This document shows, piece by piece, positions 39,407 to 48,136 of a stretch of DNA of 64,000 nt (position 1 is the stretch's first letter; the number at the start of each line of letters is the position of its first letter). The notes beneath the pieces are model-generated. The model did no database searches. It was given only the letters and a program-made list of their open reading frames with translations, and was not told the origin of the DNA. The translations under genes and the position numbers were made by a program. This DNA is from a virus (taxonomy: Duplodnaviria; Caudoviricetes). Where the stretch lies: positions 32,001 to 96,000 of IMG/VR virus record IMGVR_UViG_651703101_000001; one strand, written 5' to 3'.

Positions 39407-40062
39407 TGTCATTTCCAAGATATTTTCAAGAGTTTAATAACATTAAGTATGCAGTCTCAACCAATAAGGCTGGCATACCTAGTTACATCAACATCAAAAA
39501 TTATTTTCATCTTGCTCGTTTGAGGGATGATATCTTTAAAGAGGATACTCTGTATACACAATACTATGTGCGAAATGGAGAAAGGCCAGAAAATATATCC
39601 TACGAATTGTACGGGGATGAGCAATATTATTGGATTCTTCTACAGATTAATGACATTGTAGACTACTACAATCAGTGGCCATTATCTTCTACAGAATTAG
39701 AAAAACATATTGTCAAGAAATATGGAAGTTGGACTGCTGCAGAACTTCCCCATCATTGGGAAACTGTAGAGACATTTGATGACAATGGAAATTTGGTGGT
39801 GCCGGGCGGAATCACAGTGAATCAAAATTTCGTATATGTGTATCCCAATACACCAGGCAGTGGTATTGATGTTGTTGAGAAAAGTTCATTTCCAAGATCT
39901 GTAAGTAATGCAGAATATGAACAGAGACTCAATGAGGAGAAAAGTAATATTGTTATTTTAAAAGAAGAATATATTATTGATTATGTTCGTGAGACTAATT
40001 TACTTTCTCGTAGAGTGGAAGCAAAGAGTAGTTCTGTAAGTATTTCAGATAATTTTAGATAA
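39406..40062 (+). CDS. gp53: baseplate wedge gp53
   Basis: GERPENISYELYGD..YYWILLQIN, QWPLS, HHWET. Confidence 0.92.
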   Translation: MSFPRYFQEFNNIKYAVSTNKAGIPSYINIKNYFHLARLRDDIFKEDTLYTQYYVRNGERPENISYELYGDEQYYWILLQINDIVDYYNQWPLSSTELEKHIVKKYGSWTAAELPHHWETVETFDDNGNLVVPGGITVNQNFVYVYPNTPGSGIDVVEKSSFPRSVSNAEYEQRLNEEKSNIVILKEEYIIDYVRETNLLSRRVEAKSSSVSISDNFR

Positions 40063-40092
40063 TAAAAAGGGGAGCTTAAAGCTCCCCACTTT
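40063..40092. terminator. bidirectional terminator between convergent gp53 and gp32
   Basis: AAAAA-GGGGAGC-ttaaa-GCTCCCC-acttt. Confidence 0.85.
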
Positions 40093-40093
40093 G

Positions 40094-40999
40094 TCATTCA
40101 GCTGACAGTTTCTTGAAGTAGTCCATTACATCTTCTTCGTCACCATCCTCACCTTCGACATATTCTGGTTCCGGTTGACTTTCATCAACAGGATCAGGAA
40201 CGTTATTAAAGGTTGGTTTCTTGGCAACTACCTTTTCTGGTGTTGGGGTAGATGAACCTGTAGAAGTTGTACGGCCAAGAGCACGATCTAGTTGCTTCTT
40301 CAGTTCGTCGTAAGACTTGAACTGTTCGGGAGCAGTAAGAGGAAGTAGTGCATATTGACGTTTCCAAATAGACTCCAATTGAGCATCATCAAAACTACAA
40401 AGTACAGATGGTGCATCGAATGCACTAGAGTCATAGTTGGGGTATCCTTCGACTTTCTTCACACGAAGTTTGAAGTCGGCACCTTCCCAAAGGTCAAATG
40501 GGTTGAAACCAGCACGTTTCTCAAGTTCATCACCATTGACAGCATCCATGATCTTATCATAGATTTTCTTACCGTAACGGAAGAGGAACACTTTACCTTC
40601 ATTATCTGGATTGGCTGGATCTGAGATAATGTATACGTTGGAGTAGTAATTGAGTTTACGCTTTTGCTTACTTGCTTGTTTCTTGAGATCTTCGTCACCA
40701 CTATTCCACAGCTCACGATTGAGTTCTGCAATAGGGTCTTGTTGGCCAAGGGTGGTCAAACTGTTTTCGATATACCAACCACCAGGGCCCTGGAAGCCAT
40801 GAGTGTAAAGTTTATTGAAAGGTAGATCTTCTCCATCAGTAGGAGGAAGGAAACGAATGACTGCAAAGCCGTTACCTGCTTTGTCTCGTTCTGGTGCCCA
40901 GATCCGCTCATCCTTAGTACCGAAAGATGTTTCACTTTCAAGTTTCTTTTGGAGTTCTGCGAGAGTGGACTTTTTATTTTTAAGGTCTTTGAAATTCAT
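40094..40999 (-). CDS. gp32: single-stranded DNA-binding protein gp32
   Basis: DERIW, GNGFAVIRFLP, GPGGWYIENSLTTLG, acidic tail ending YFKKLSAE. Confidence 0.97.
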   Translation of the reverse strand: MNFKDLKNKKSTLAELQKKLESETSFGTKDERIWAPERDKAGNGFAVIRFLPPTDGEDLPFNKLYTHGFQGPGGWYIENSLTTLGQQDPIAELNRELWNSGDEDLKKQASKQKRKLNYYSNVYIISDPANPDNEGKVFLFRYGKKIYDKIMDAVNGDELEKRAGFNPFDLWEGADFKLRVKKVEGYPNYDSSAFDAPSVLCSFDDAQLESIWKRQYALLPLTAPEQFKSYDELKKQLDRALGRTTSTGSSTPTPEKVVAKKPTFNNVPDPVDESQPEPEYVEGEDGDEEDVMDYFKKLSAE

Positions 41000-41091
41000 T
41001 TTAGTATTCTGGATACGGAGTGTGTTGAGTGCAGTTTAATGTCTTGCTTAGGACACTACTATTTAGTAGTGTACAGAGCTCTGTACACTAT

Positions 41092-41247
41092 CTACCATCC
41101 CAAATCTTCGTTAACTTGATCACCAAATTGATACCAAAGTAGTGCCTCTTGTAGTTTAGTTCTTGTGATGCTTCTTTCCCTGGTGGATTCCAAAAGGGCG
41201 AGGGTTTCTAGTGCGGTCTCGATACCACAAATGACTGCGTCTTTCAT
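41092..41247 (-). CDS. small protein with an Acb2/Tad1-like helical motif (51 aa, not in the ORF track)
   Basis: MKDAVICGIETALETLALLESTRERSITRTKLQEALLWYQFGDQVNEDLGW; ATGA overlap with the upstream ORF. Confidence 0.55.
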   Translation of the reverse strand: MKDAVICGIETALETLALLESTRERSITRTKLQEALLWYQFGDQVNEDLGW

Positions 41248-41429
41248 GAGTTATTCTGTAAATTTTTAATCTTTAATTCTGTTTGATACTTGATAAATTG
41301 CATATCACATATTTCTGGCTTAAGTTTACATTGTATCATTCCCTCGTCAAAAGAACGATTAGCGATAACACCTGCAATAGGAATTCCTATCACAAGCGTC
41401 ACAAATATACCAACTATAAAGCTTCCCAT
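41244..41429 (-). CDS. hypothetical membrane protein
   Basis: N-terminal TM helix. Confidence 0.55.
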   Translation of the reverse strand: MGSFIVGIFVTLVIGIPIAGVIANRSFDEGMIQCKLKPEICDMQFIKYQTELKIKNLQNNS

Positions 41430-41430
41430 A

Positions 41431-41619
41431 TTAATTTTCCTTCTTAAGTTTTTCGATTTCTCTAACCCTTTCTAGAATCTCGACAACCTCTGGGTGTGTG
41501 GTTCCGTCTTCATTTGCAAATTTATTATCAATAAGGAACTGTCTCAGTTCCTCATCTTCCCACATAGGTTTCATTAATTCGTCGTGATATTCTGGTGTAA
41601 ACTTGGATTCTTCATTCAT
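41431..41619 (-). CDS. hypothetical protein
   Basis: Coupled small acidic ORF. Confidence 0.55.
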   Translation of the reverse strand: MNEESKFTPEYHDELMKPMWEDEELRQFLIDNKFANEDGTTHPEVVEILERVREIEKLKKEN

Positions 41620-41783
41620 AGGAATTTCTTAATGAGCTCTTGGACAATACGTTTGGTTCTATTTCTAGGGAGGTTTCCCTCGTCTACATAAAATACTTTT
41701 CTCTTTGAATTATCTCCATCCCCAAAGATATAAAGAGCTCCATTTGTTGGTAAGTCTATAGTTTCATCTGGAAGGCAAATCAT
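41616..41783 (-). CDS. small protein resembling the portal clip segment (55 aa, not in the ORF track)
   Basis: ...SKRKVFYVDEGNLPRNRTKRIVQELIKKFL; ATGA overlaps on both sides. Confidence 0.6.
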   Translation of the reverse strand: MICLPDETIDLPTNGALYIFGDGDNSKRKVFYVDEGNLPRNRTKRIVQELIKKFL

Positions 41784-42391
41784 AGGAATTTCTTCTGCAG
41801 TAGTTTTTTATAAGGTTCTTTGTTGATTGATAGAAATGGTCTATACTTTCGTATCTTAAAGGATACGGATTTCCATAACGCATCCTTCAAATCCCTGTCC
41901 CAGGATACCATAAATCCTAGGATCATGTCAAGGACGATGAGGGTTTCTACACAAATTTGTCGTTTGATGTAGAACTTGAGGAGTGCAGGATGTCCTCCCA
42001 CCGTTTTAAAAAGATGGTTAAAGGAATTCCCCGAGGTTGCCAAATAGTCAACCAGTCTGTCGAGATCTTGGCTAATAGTATATTGGAGACTCTGTTGGCG
42101 TTTTTGCCATACCAACCAATTAGCTTTTCCATTTCTCTGAATTTCCCCGATCCAGACCTTTGACGGATCCTCCGCGTTGGCAAAGGTCGCAAGCATGAAC
42201 TCTTCGGTCTCTTTCGGTGTGTGTTTTCTTGCAAGAGTTTCAAAGAACCAAAAGTCCGATCTGTCTTGGTATGTCGTTTCTTTTGCATTTACTTTTCCAT
42301 CATATTGAAAGTAATCAAATTTCTCATTACTGAAATGTTGCTTCATGGCCAGATATTTTTTATAGACCTGAAATCCATGTTCGACTTTCAT
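41780..42391 (-). CDS. gp59: helicase loader gp59
   Basis: YLAMKQHF...DYFQYDGK, HPALLK, ETLIVLD, KYRPFL. Confidence 0.88.
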   Translation of the reverse strand: MKVEHGFQVYKKYLAMKQHFSNEKFDYFQYDGKVNAKETTYQDRSDFWFFETLARKHTPKETEEFMLATFANAEDPSKVWIGEIQRNGKANWLVWQKRQQSLQYTISQDLDRLVDYLATSGNSFNHLFKTVGGHPALLKFYIKRQICVETLIVLDMILGFMVSWDRDLKDALWKSVSFKIRKYRPFLSINKEPYKKLLQKKFL

Positions 42392-42645
42392 TAAAATTTA
42401 AGTTTAGGTTGTGCTGGTTGTTTTAGATAGTTGAGTTCTGTTGCATCATATCGTAATTTTTCTTTCAGAGGTTTTGAAATGAGTTTGGATACACTCTCAA
42501 TTTCAATACCATTCGTACTACAGTATTCTACAATTGCATCGATATAATTCAGTTTTGTGACCTGAACTAATTTTTCAATATCTTCTGTGAACTTTTCTTT
42601 ACTGATAAATTTACTTTCTAATTGTTTGTCAAATTCATTGGTCAT
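42391..42645 (-). CDS. gp33: late promoter co-activator gp33
   Basis: YIDAIVEYC...IEIESVSKLISKPLKEKL..DATELNY. Confidence 0.92.
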   Translation of the reverse strand: MTNEFDKQLESKFISKEKFTEDIEKLVQVTKLNYIDAIVEYCSTNGIEIESVSKLISKPLKEKLRYDATELNYLKQPAQPKLKF

Positions 42646-43320
42646 AACTGTAGGTTTGGTTGAAAAGATTAACATAGTTTTGTAGTTTTTCTAGGTAGTA
42701 CATAATATTTCTACGTTCAACGATTTGAATTTCCATTTGTTCCGTCATCAAAAACACAACAAGCTTCTTCGGAACTATACCGGTCGTTTCGCTGAACATC
42801 GCCCAATAGCCAGCCAATTGAACAAAGTAATCTTCGATCCATTCTTCTGGCTTTTCTTTCATTGAACCTTTGTAATCGGCAACAGCCAACTCTTTATCTA
42901 CATCGCCGATGTAGTCTGTAGTTCCTGCTACTTTTAGTCGTCTCGATAACATTCGTCTTTCTTGACAAACGATGTTATCGAATCTCATGTCAAGAAAGAA
43001 CTTGGCCGACTTGAACATCCATTGTATCTTGACTTCCTGCCATTCGTCAAGTGATTGATAGTCACCATTTTGTAAGTAGACTTCAATGACTTTGTGTAGT
43101 TTATTTCCTCGATCAGTTGCACATCTTTTGATATAATCTGCTCTTTCTTTTCCTTTTTCCTTTCCCATTCTTTAAACTTGTCTGGATTAGCACCAGCAAT
43201 TACAGTGGTCATGGATGGCACCCAGAGTTTTTTATCCTCTGAATACCATCTCATTCCATTCTTATGATCCCGATGTATCGTCTTGAAGTGATGGTCGTAT
43301 TGTGTATTATGGGTGAACAC
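42635..43320 (-). CDS. PD-(D/E)XK exonuclease (apparent one-base frameshift at 43154-43158)
   Basis: PSMTTVI in the first frame; ATDRGNKLH, VAGTTD, ADYK, YFVQLAGY in the second frame. Confidence 0.85.
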
Positions 43321-43321
43321 T

Positions 43322-44077
43322 TTAATTAAATCTTACGCCTAGTGCTGTCTTAGTTACAATGTAATTACGCAATAGACCTGAACGACAAATATCATCTACA
43401 CCCATTTCTACCATTGCAAAGTCATCTGGCATTCTCTCGATAATTCTCATGAATTCATAGATGCCATTCTTCTCTCTTTCCCTGATAAGGTCAGTCTGCA
43501 TAACATCACCACAGAAGATAATTCTGGTGTTCTCACCTACTCTTGTCACGATAGAGTCTAGTTCGTGACCAGACAGGTTCTGGAACTCGTCTACGATCAC
43601 CACGGAGTTATCCAGTGTGACCCCTCTGATGAACGATGTGGACCAGAATTTGATGGTCCCCTGACCCTTGAGGTTATCATAGAGCATGTCGAAGGCGTCA
43701 TCGTTCTGTAACTCAAACATATACTTCACCATATGTTTGTATGGGATTTGGTATACGTCTGCCTTGTCATCGGATGTACCTGGGAGGAATCCAATCTCAC
43801 GACTTGGAACTAGAGAACGAACAAGATAGATCTGATCGTAACTAGGAACATTACTCAGACATGCTTGTAGCGCCTTATACAGTGCCATGAATGTTTTACC
43901 AGTACCTGCACAACCGTAGATGAAAAGATGCTTACCTTCATCCCAAGCCTTAAAGACCTTCTCTTGATTTGCAGTCAAGGGAGTGATCTTGGTCATCAAA
44001 TCGTGATTGATAGGCTTACGGCGTTTTGCACCGCGGTTCATAATCACATTTCCGTTTGAAGTCTTTTTAGTTGCCAT
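43322..44077 (-). CDS. phoH: PhoH-family ATPase
   Basis: GCAGTGKT, EIGFLPG, TSFIRGVTL, VDEFQN, CGDVMQTDL. Confidence 0.95.
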   Translation of the reverse strand: MATKKTSNGNVIMNRGAKRRKPINHDLMTKITPLTANQEKVFKAWDEGKHLFIYGCAGTGKTFMALYKALQACLSNVPSYDQIYLVRSLVPSREIGFLPGTSDDKADVYQIPYKHMVKYMFELQNDDAFDMLYDNLKGQGTIKFWSTSFIRGVTLDNSVVIVDEFQNLSGHELDSIVTRVGENTRIIFCGDVMQTDLIREREKNGIYEFMRIIERMPDDFAMVEMGVDDICRSGLLRNYIVTKTALGVRFN

Positions 44078-44078
44078 G

Positions 44079-44324
44079 TCAGTAGAGATCCTTTGCGAGT
44101 GATCCAGGTGCTTGTTTTACTCTATCAAGTACGGTTTTCCAACCTGGGTTTTTGTTTGCTAGTTTAGTCTTCCATTCCCCTTCACTAGCGGGAGAAGCAC
44201 AACCCTGAGACCAATCTCGTTTCCACTCAGGATTGTTTTCATACCATTCCATAATATCATGAACACTAACGTCGATGACTTTAGTTTCTCCGGTTTCAAT
44301 ATGTTTTACTGGGTAAAGAGCCAT
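44079..44324 (-). CDS. conserved T4-like small protein (FmdB-like)
   Basis: YPVKHIETGE...NPEW...PGWKTVL. Confidence 0.65.
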   Translation of the reverse strand: MALYPVKHIETGETKVIDVSVHDIMEWYENNPEWKRDWSQGCASPASEGEWKTKLANKNPGWKTVLDRVKQAPGSLAKDLY

Positions 44325-44488
44325 AATTGTTTTGGTGTTTGTTGATATGTTGGTTTATGAAACCTACAATACTCATTGAATGTAATTTTCATTTCTTTGT
44401 TAGTTAGACCACAGTTCTTTGCAGCCTGTGGTACGTTCCACTTTGCGGAGAATAACATCTCCATCGATTGTCTAGTTGCTGGTCTCAT
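44306..44488 (-). CDS. conserved cyanophage hypothetical protein
   Basis: MEMLFSAKWNVPQAAKNCGLTNKEMKITFNEY. Confidence 0.7.
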   Translation of the reverse strand: MRPATRQSMEMLFSAKWNVPQAAKNCGLTNKEMKITFNEYCRFHKPTYQQTPKQLWLFTQ

Positions 44489-45158
44489 TTAGTGCCTCAG
44501 CAACATCAGGGAATACATGTTTGAAGACATCATAACATCCTTGTGCAATTAATTGATGTTCTTTCTGTGTTCCGTTTCCACTTCTTAGACCGATATAGTG
44601 AATCCAAGAGCGACAAGAACCGGTCATATAAAGACGCGTATTACATTGTTCTGGAAGCACCTTCCGTGCACATTCTTTGGCGACACCTGAATCTAGAAGA
44701 TTGTTGTAGAGGAACATAGCATCATCATAGTGTTTTTGAATCTTCTTCTGATAGTCCTCAACCAAACCTGGGGGAAGATCATCGATAGAATTTTGACGAT
44801 TCTTGGTATCTTGTCTACGAAGTTCTGGAACTTGAATATCAGAGTTTAGAGTTCTGGTGTCCGCATATCGTTGTGAAAACTCCTGAAAACGGAACGAACT
44901 GTGTCTGATAATCTGATGTGAAATATCTCTTGTGGTATTGATTTCCACAGTCATTGAAGCAGTTTCAAAGATACTCCAATGTTTCTCTTTGATACAATAC
45001 CTAAGAAGTCCGGCTGCAGTATTGAACTTATCTTGATTACTTGGGTTACTAACTCTTGCAACATAGGTAATGACTTCTTGCGGAGACTTCCCTTGTAAGA
45101 CTCCCGCACCGGATGTTGTTGCAATAAGTTTAACCGGACTGTCATTATCTGACATCAT
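44472..45158 (-). CDS. thyX: flavin-dependent thymidylate synthase ThyX
   Basis: ARVSNP, HWSIFE, QIIRHSSFRFQEFSQRY, AKECAR, TQKEH. Confidence 0.95.
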   Translation of the reverse strand: MMSDNDSPVKLIATTSGAGVLQGKSPQEVITYVARVSNPSNQDKFNTAAGLLRYCIKEKHWSIFETASMTVEINTTRDISHQIIRHSSFRFQEFSQRYADTRTLNSDIQVPELRRQDTKNRQNSIDDLPPGLVEDYQKKIQKHYDDAMFLYNNLLDSGVAKECARKVLPEQCNTRLYMTGSCRSWIHYIGLRSGNGTQKEHQLIAQGCYDVFKHVFPDVAEALNETSN

Positions 45159-45409
45159 GACGCTTCTGTAGGCTTGTCGGAGTCCTTCTGCGACTTGTTC
45201 CATTGTTTGTGGTTCTGGTTTCCAGATTCCTTGCATGTTGGTGTAAATCCTTTGGTTGCTCGTGTGATTAGTTGTTTCTTCTTTCTGGCAATTTTCATCA
45301 ACTTAAGTTGAAGTTCCATGTATGCCAGCTCCGCAGTGGAGTACATGTTTCTCTTTTGTTCGTCTTTGACGATTCTACGGACAAGTTTTTCTGTTTTAGA
45401 TTTCTTCAT
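45155..45409 (-). CDS. hypothetical protein
   Basis: YSTAELAYM...KGF; coupled to its neighbours. Confidence 0.55.
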   Translation of the reverse strand: MKKSKTEKLVRRIVKDEQKRNMYSTAELAYMELQLKLMKIARKKKQLITRATKGFTPTCKESGNQNHKQWNKSQKDSDKPTEAS

Positions 45410-45915
45410 TCGGTCTCATCCTGTAGTCCAAGTTCAGGGAAGGCGTCGATCACATTCTGTTTAGTGATCTTATATTTACTGGTTAGTTTTTTGTCCTTAA
45501 CTAGATCCAAGAGTTCTGCCTCCGATGCATGAAGAACCTCTAAAAGTTGAACCCATAGTTGTTCTTTTTTGACCTGAGCAATTCTAGGTTCAGTTTTACC
45601 AGAACAACCAAAATAAGTTACTCCATTAACGGTCTTAGCGATGAAGTTCTCTAGGTGTCTATGCTCAACGAACAGAATTTGGTGTTCGATTCCTGCAGGA
45701 AGATTACAAGGAGTATATGGTGTTTCTCCACTGGGAAACACGTATCTAATATTCTTTGCAAAGTTACTGAGAAGAATCTTGGTCAACGCCTCGGATTTAT
45801 ACTCTTTGAGAATTGCAACCTTCTCGTCTTTTGTTTTTGCGTTAGAAACGCGCTGAAGAACTTCAGAGATAAGTGTTTTACTTACTGGAAGTTTTGGTGT
45901 TGCTGGTCTGGCCAT
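45406..45915 (-). CDS. conserved T4-like hypothetical protein
   Basis: LISEVLQRVSNAKTKDEK, LLEVLHASEAELL..KDK. Confidence 0.75.
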   Translation of the reverse strand: MARPATPKLPVSKTLISEVLQRVSNAKTKDEKVAILKEYKSEALTKILLSNFAKNIRYVFPSGETPYTPCNLPAGIEHQILFVEHRHLENFIAKTVNGVTYFGCSGKTEPRIAQVKKEQLWVQLLEVLHASEAELLDLVKDKKLTSKYKITKQNVIDAFPELGLQDETE

Positions 45916-45916
45916 A

Positions 45917-46759
45917 TTATGTGAATTCTGATAGAATGTCTGTTATGTTATGTTGTGAGAAATACTCCAATGAGATTCCAGTAGGAATCACAGCTTTATG
46001 ATATATCGTAAGAATACGATCACGGATTGCTTGTGGAATATATTGAAAGTCGATGAGTTGAGCATTTCTTTTCCAGTTGCGAATCCGAACAAAGTTATTG
46101 AAGTTTTTTGGATCCATAGTTGCAAGAGTTTGAATCTTTTCTGCACTCATTTTCTTTTGAGGTTTATGATTCACAATTGCATCATCACATGTCAGAATGT
46201 TAGGAATTCCATCAGATCTATCTCCACGAATGATATGTTCTTGTAGATAGAAAATAGGATATTCTTCTTTAATCCAACGATTACGAATTGGGTCGTATTG
46301 CTTTACGAAGTCGTATTTGTGAAGTTGAATGAAATCTTTATCAGCTGACAGAATTAATACTCGATCAGGTATTTCTCTGTGAGAATTATGCATACATAGA
46401 GTTGCAATAATATCGTCAGCTTCTGCCCCCTGAGCCTGAATTACTTTATATGGAAAGTTAATTCTTATCTCATCCCTGATCTTATTTAGTACGGAAAACA
46501 CATGATCCCAGTCAATGTTGGATTCTTCCCTTTCTTGTTTACGATTCTTTTTATAAAGAGGAAAGACTTCCTTTCTCCAATATTCCTTGTCATCATAACA
46601 AAGAACCATTTCTCCATACTCTCTACGATACTTATTGTGAATTCTTCCAAGTACACGAATTACTGATTTCCTTACAGTCTCTATATTAATTCCTTTCTCA
46701 ATTTTATTTCTTACCATTAGGTGACTAATGGAGATTTGATTTGCGTCAATGAGTATCAT
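45917..46759 (-). CDS. rnh: RNase H / 5'-3' exonuclease
   Basis: MILIDANQ, EADDIIA, SADKDFIQL, GDRSDGIPN. Confidence 0.95.
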   Translation of the reverse strand: MILIDANQISISHLMVRNKIEKGINIETVRKSVIRVLGRIHNKYRREYGEMVLCYDDKEYWRKEVFPLYKKNRKQEREESNIDWDHVFSVLNKIRDEIRINFPYKVIQAQGAEADDIIATLCMHNSHREIPDRVLILSADKDFIQLHKYDFVKQYDPIRNRWIKEEYPIFYLQEHIIRGDRSDGIPNILTCDDAIVNHKPQKKMSAEKIQTLATMDPKNFNNFVRIRNWKRNAQLIDFQYIPQAIRDRILTIYHKAVIPTGISLEYFSQHNITDILSEFT

Positions 46760-46792
46760 GTGTTTAGGGTATTTCCCTCCTGGGTCTTACAT

Positions 46793-46850
46793 ATTCTAAC
46801 ACAAAAAGGGGACCCCTAGGGATCCCCTGTGCCAGTAGATTAACTGTCAA
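46793..46850 (-). promoter_or_regulatory. dyad motif, terminator hairpin and extended -10 upstream of rnh
   Basis: GACAGTTAATCTACTGGCACA-AGGGGATCCCTAGGGGTCCCCTTTTT-GTGTTAGAAT on the minus strand. Confidence 0.6.
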
Positions 46851-47094
46851 TCTCTACATCTTCATGGTCCCAATCTTCATCAGGATCATAACCCAATTCA
46901 AAGTTTACAGCAATATATTCTTCTTTGATGAGTTTTCCTTTCTTGTCGAAGATTTCTGGATGAGGATTTTCCTTGAAAATCTTATCAAACTCATGAACAT
47001 TCCACGCAACATATTCTCGGTATCTTTCGTTGACAATAATACCAAGTGTAATTCCAACAAGAAGGAAAAGAATAGAAAATAGTGCTGTGTACAT
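46840..47094 (-). CDS. conserved cyanophage membrane protein
   Basis: N-terminal TM helix, PHPEIFD..G. Confidence 0.65.
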   Translation of the reverse strand: MYTALFSILFLLVGITLGIIVNERYREYVAWNVHEFDKIFKENPHPEIFDKKGKLIKEEYIAVNFELGYDPDEDWDHEDVEIDS

Positions 47095-47095
47095 G

Positions 47096-47260
47096 TTACT
47101 CTTTTTGTTTAATTTTGAATGAGATTTCAATCTCTTTGTTTAGGAAGTTAAATATTACTTCCCAATTAACAATGTACTTTGGTTCCTTTTTAAGGAACTT
47201 GAAGGGTCTCGTTAACATTGCTTCGAAGCCCCTGTTCATTCTATTTAGTTTATTTGACAT
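47096..47260 (-). CDS. small conserved-type hypothetical protein (54 aa, not in the ORF track)
   Basis: MSNKLNRMNRGFEAMLTRP...KEIEISFKIKQKE fills the gap between glutaredoxin and the next ORF. Confidence 0.55.
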   Translation of the reverse strand: MSNKLNRMNRGFEAMLTRPFKFLKKEPKYIVNWEVIFNFLNKEIEISFKIKQKE

Positions 47261-47492
47261 AGTTGTGTTCAACCAGATACTTTATAGTATCTCTCATACC
47301 CCCAACACTTTCATGATTGACACATGTTTGTGGGAATGTAGATCCCTGTCCGAATTTATCTAAAAATTGATCTACTGTGAAGTCTTCTCCTAGAATGAAT
47401 TTGTTATAGCTGAATCCTTTCTTATCGAGAAATTCGGTAAGCTTGTCGCAGAATCCACATCCATTTTTGGAATAAACGTATAGTTGAGGCAT
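47250..47492 (-). CDS. nrdC: glutaredoxin
   Basis: CGFC, FGQGSTFPQ, VGG. Confidence 0.9.
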   Translation of the reverse strand: MPQLYVYSKNGCGFCDKLTEFLDKKGFSYNKFILGEDFTVDQFLDKFGQGSTFPQTCVNHESVGGMRDTIKYLVEHNYVK

Positions 47493-47519
47493 AAAAAATG
47501 AGGTAGTGTAGACTACCTC
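47493..47519 (-). terminator. intrinsic terminator after hli
   Basis: GAGGTAG-tctaca-CTACCTC-ATTTTTT on the minus strand. Confidence 0.7.
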
Positions 47520-47559
47520 TATTTAATCAGATTATTTTAGACTTGTCAAATCTACCAGT

Positions 47560-47751
47560 TCAGAAAATGCCTGGGAGAATCTGACCAGTGGTAGCGTACG
47601 CACCGAGGGCTGCTACGAATCCGATCATTGCAAGTCTTCCATTGAGAAGTTCTGCGAATCTAGTGAATCCTGCGGTTGGTTCTGACATAATAATTTGTGG
47701 CTCCTTGGCGAAAATGTTTTGTTGTCCTTTGTCGTTTGTTGTAACTGTCAT
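47560..47751 (-). CDS. hli: high-light inducible protein
   Basis: AELLNGRLAMIGF and TGQILPGIF. Confidence 0.96.
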   Translation of the reverse strand: MTVTTNDKGQQNIFAKEPQIIMSEPTAGFTRFAELLNGRLAMIGFVAALGAYATTGQILPGIF

Positions 47752-47768
47752 AATAAAGTTCCGACTGT

Positions 47769-47930
47769 TTATTTATTCTGTGTTGTGGTGTGTTGTGTTG
47801 GTGGACTTTTGTTGTAAATTTCTCCCATCACTGAAAGTAAAGGGACGAATATTGAAAGTAGTCCGATGCCGCCCCCGATGATTATAGAGTTTATATCTAT
47901 CGAGGGCGGCAGTTTAGGGCCTGGTGTCAT
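47769..47930 (-). CDS. small single-TM protein (53 aa, not in the ORF track)
   Basis: MTPGPKLPPSIDINSIIIGGGIGLLSIFVPLLSVMG...; ATGA overlap with the upstream ORF. Confidence 0.5.
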   Translation of the reverse strand: MTPGPKLPPSIDINSIIIGGGIGLLSIFVPLLSVMGEIYNKSPPTQHTTTQNK

Positions 47931-48136
47931 TGTCTAGGGTTCCAAAAGTCAACGGATAGTAATATCTCATCGTGTGTCTTATCTATAGGATAATGTTCGA
48001 TGCACTTTTTTGCTGCATCTCTGATGAGTTTAGGAATTTTAGGTGTTACTTTTGGATCCGTCAGACAATGTAGAAGCTTGTAGGTTTCCTTCACTGAATA
48101 GTATTCCTGATCGGTTAGAATTTGCAATTCCTTCAT
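47927..48136 (-). CDS. conserved phage hypothetical protein
   Basis: DPKVTPKIPKLIRDAAKKCIEHYP motif. Confidence 0.65.
   Translation of the reverse strand: MKELQILTDQEYYSVKETYKLLHCLTDPKVTPKIPKLIRDAAKKCIEHYPIDKTHDEILLSVDFWNPRQ

Noticed and set aside
45159-45236. N-terminal extension of ThyX
   Set aside because: Overlaps the upstream ORF; the ATGA coupling at 45155-45158 indicates the real start
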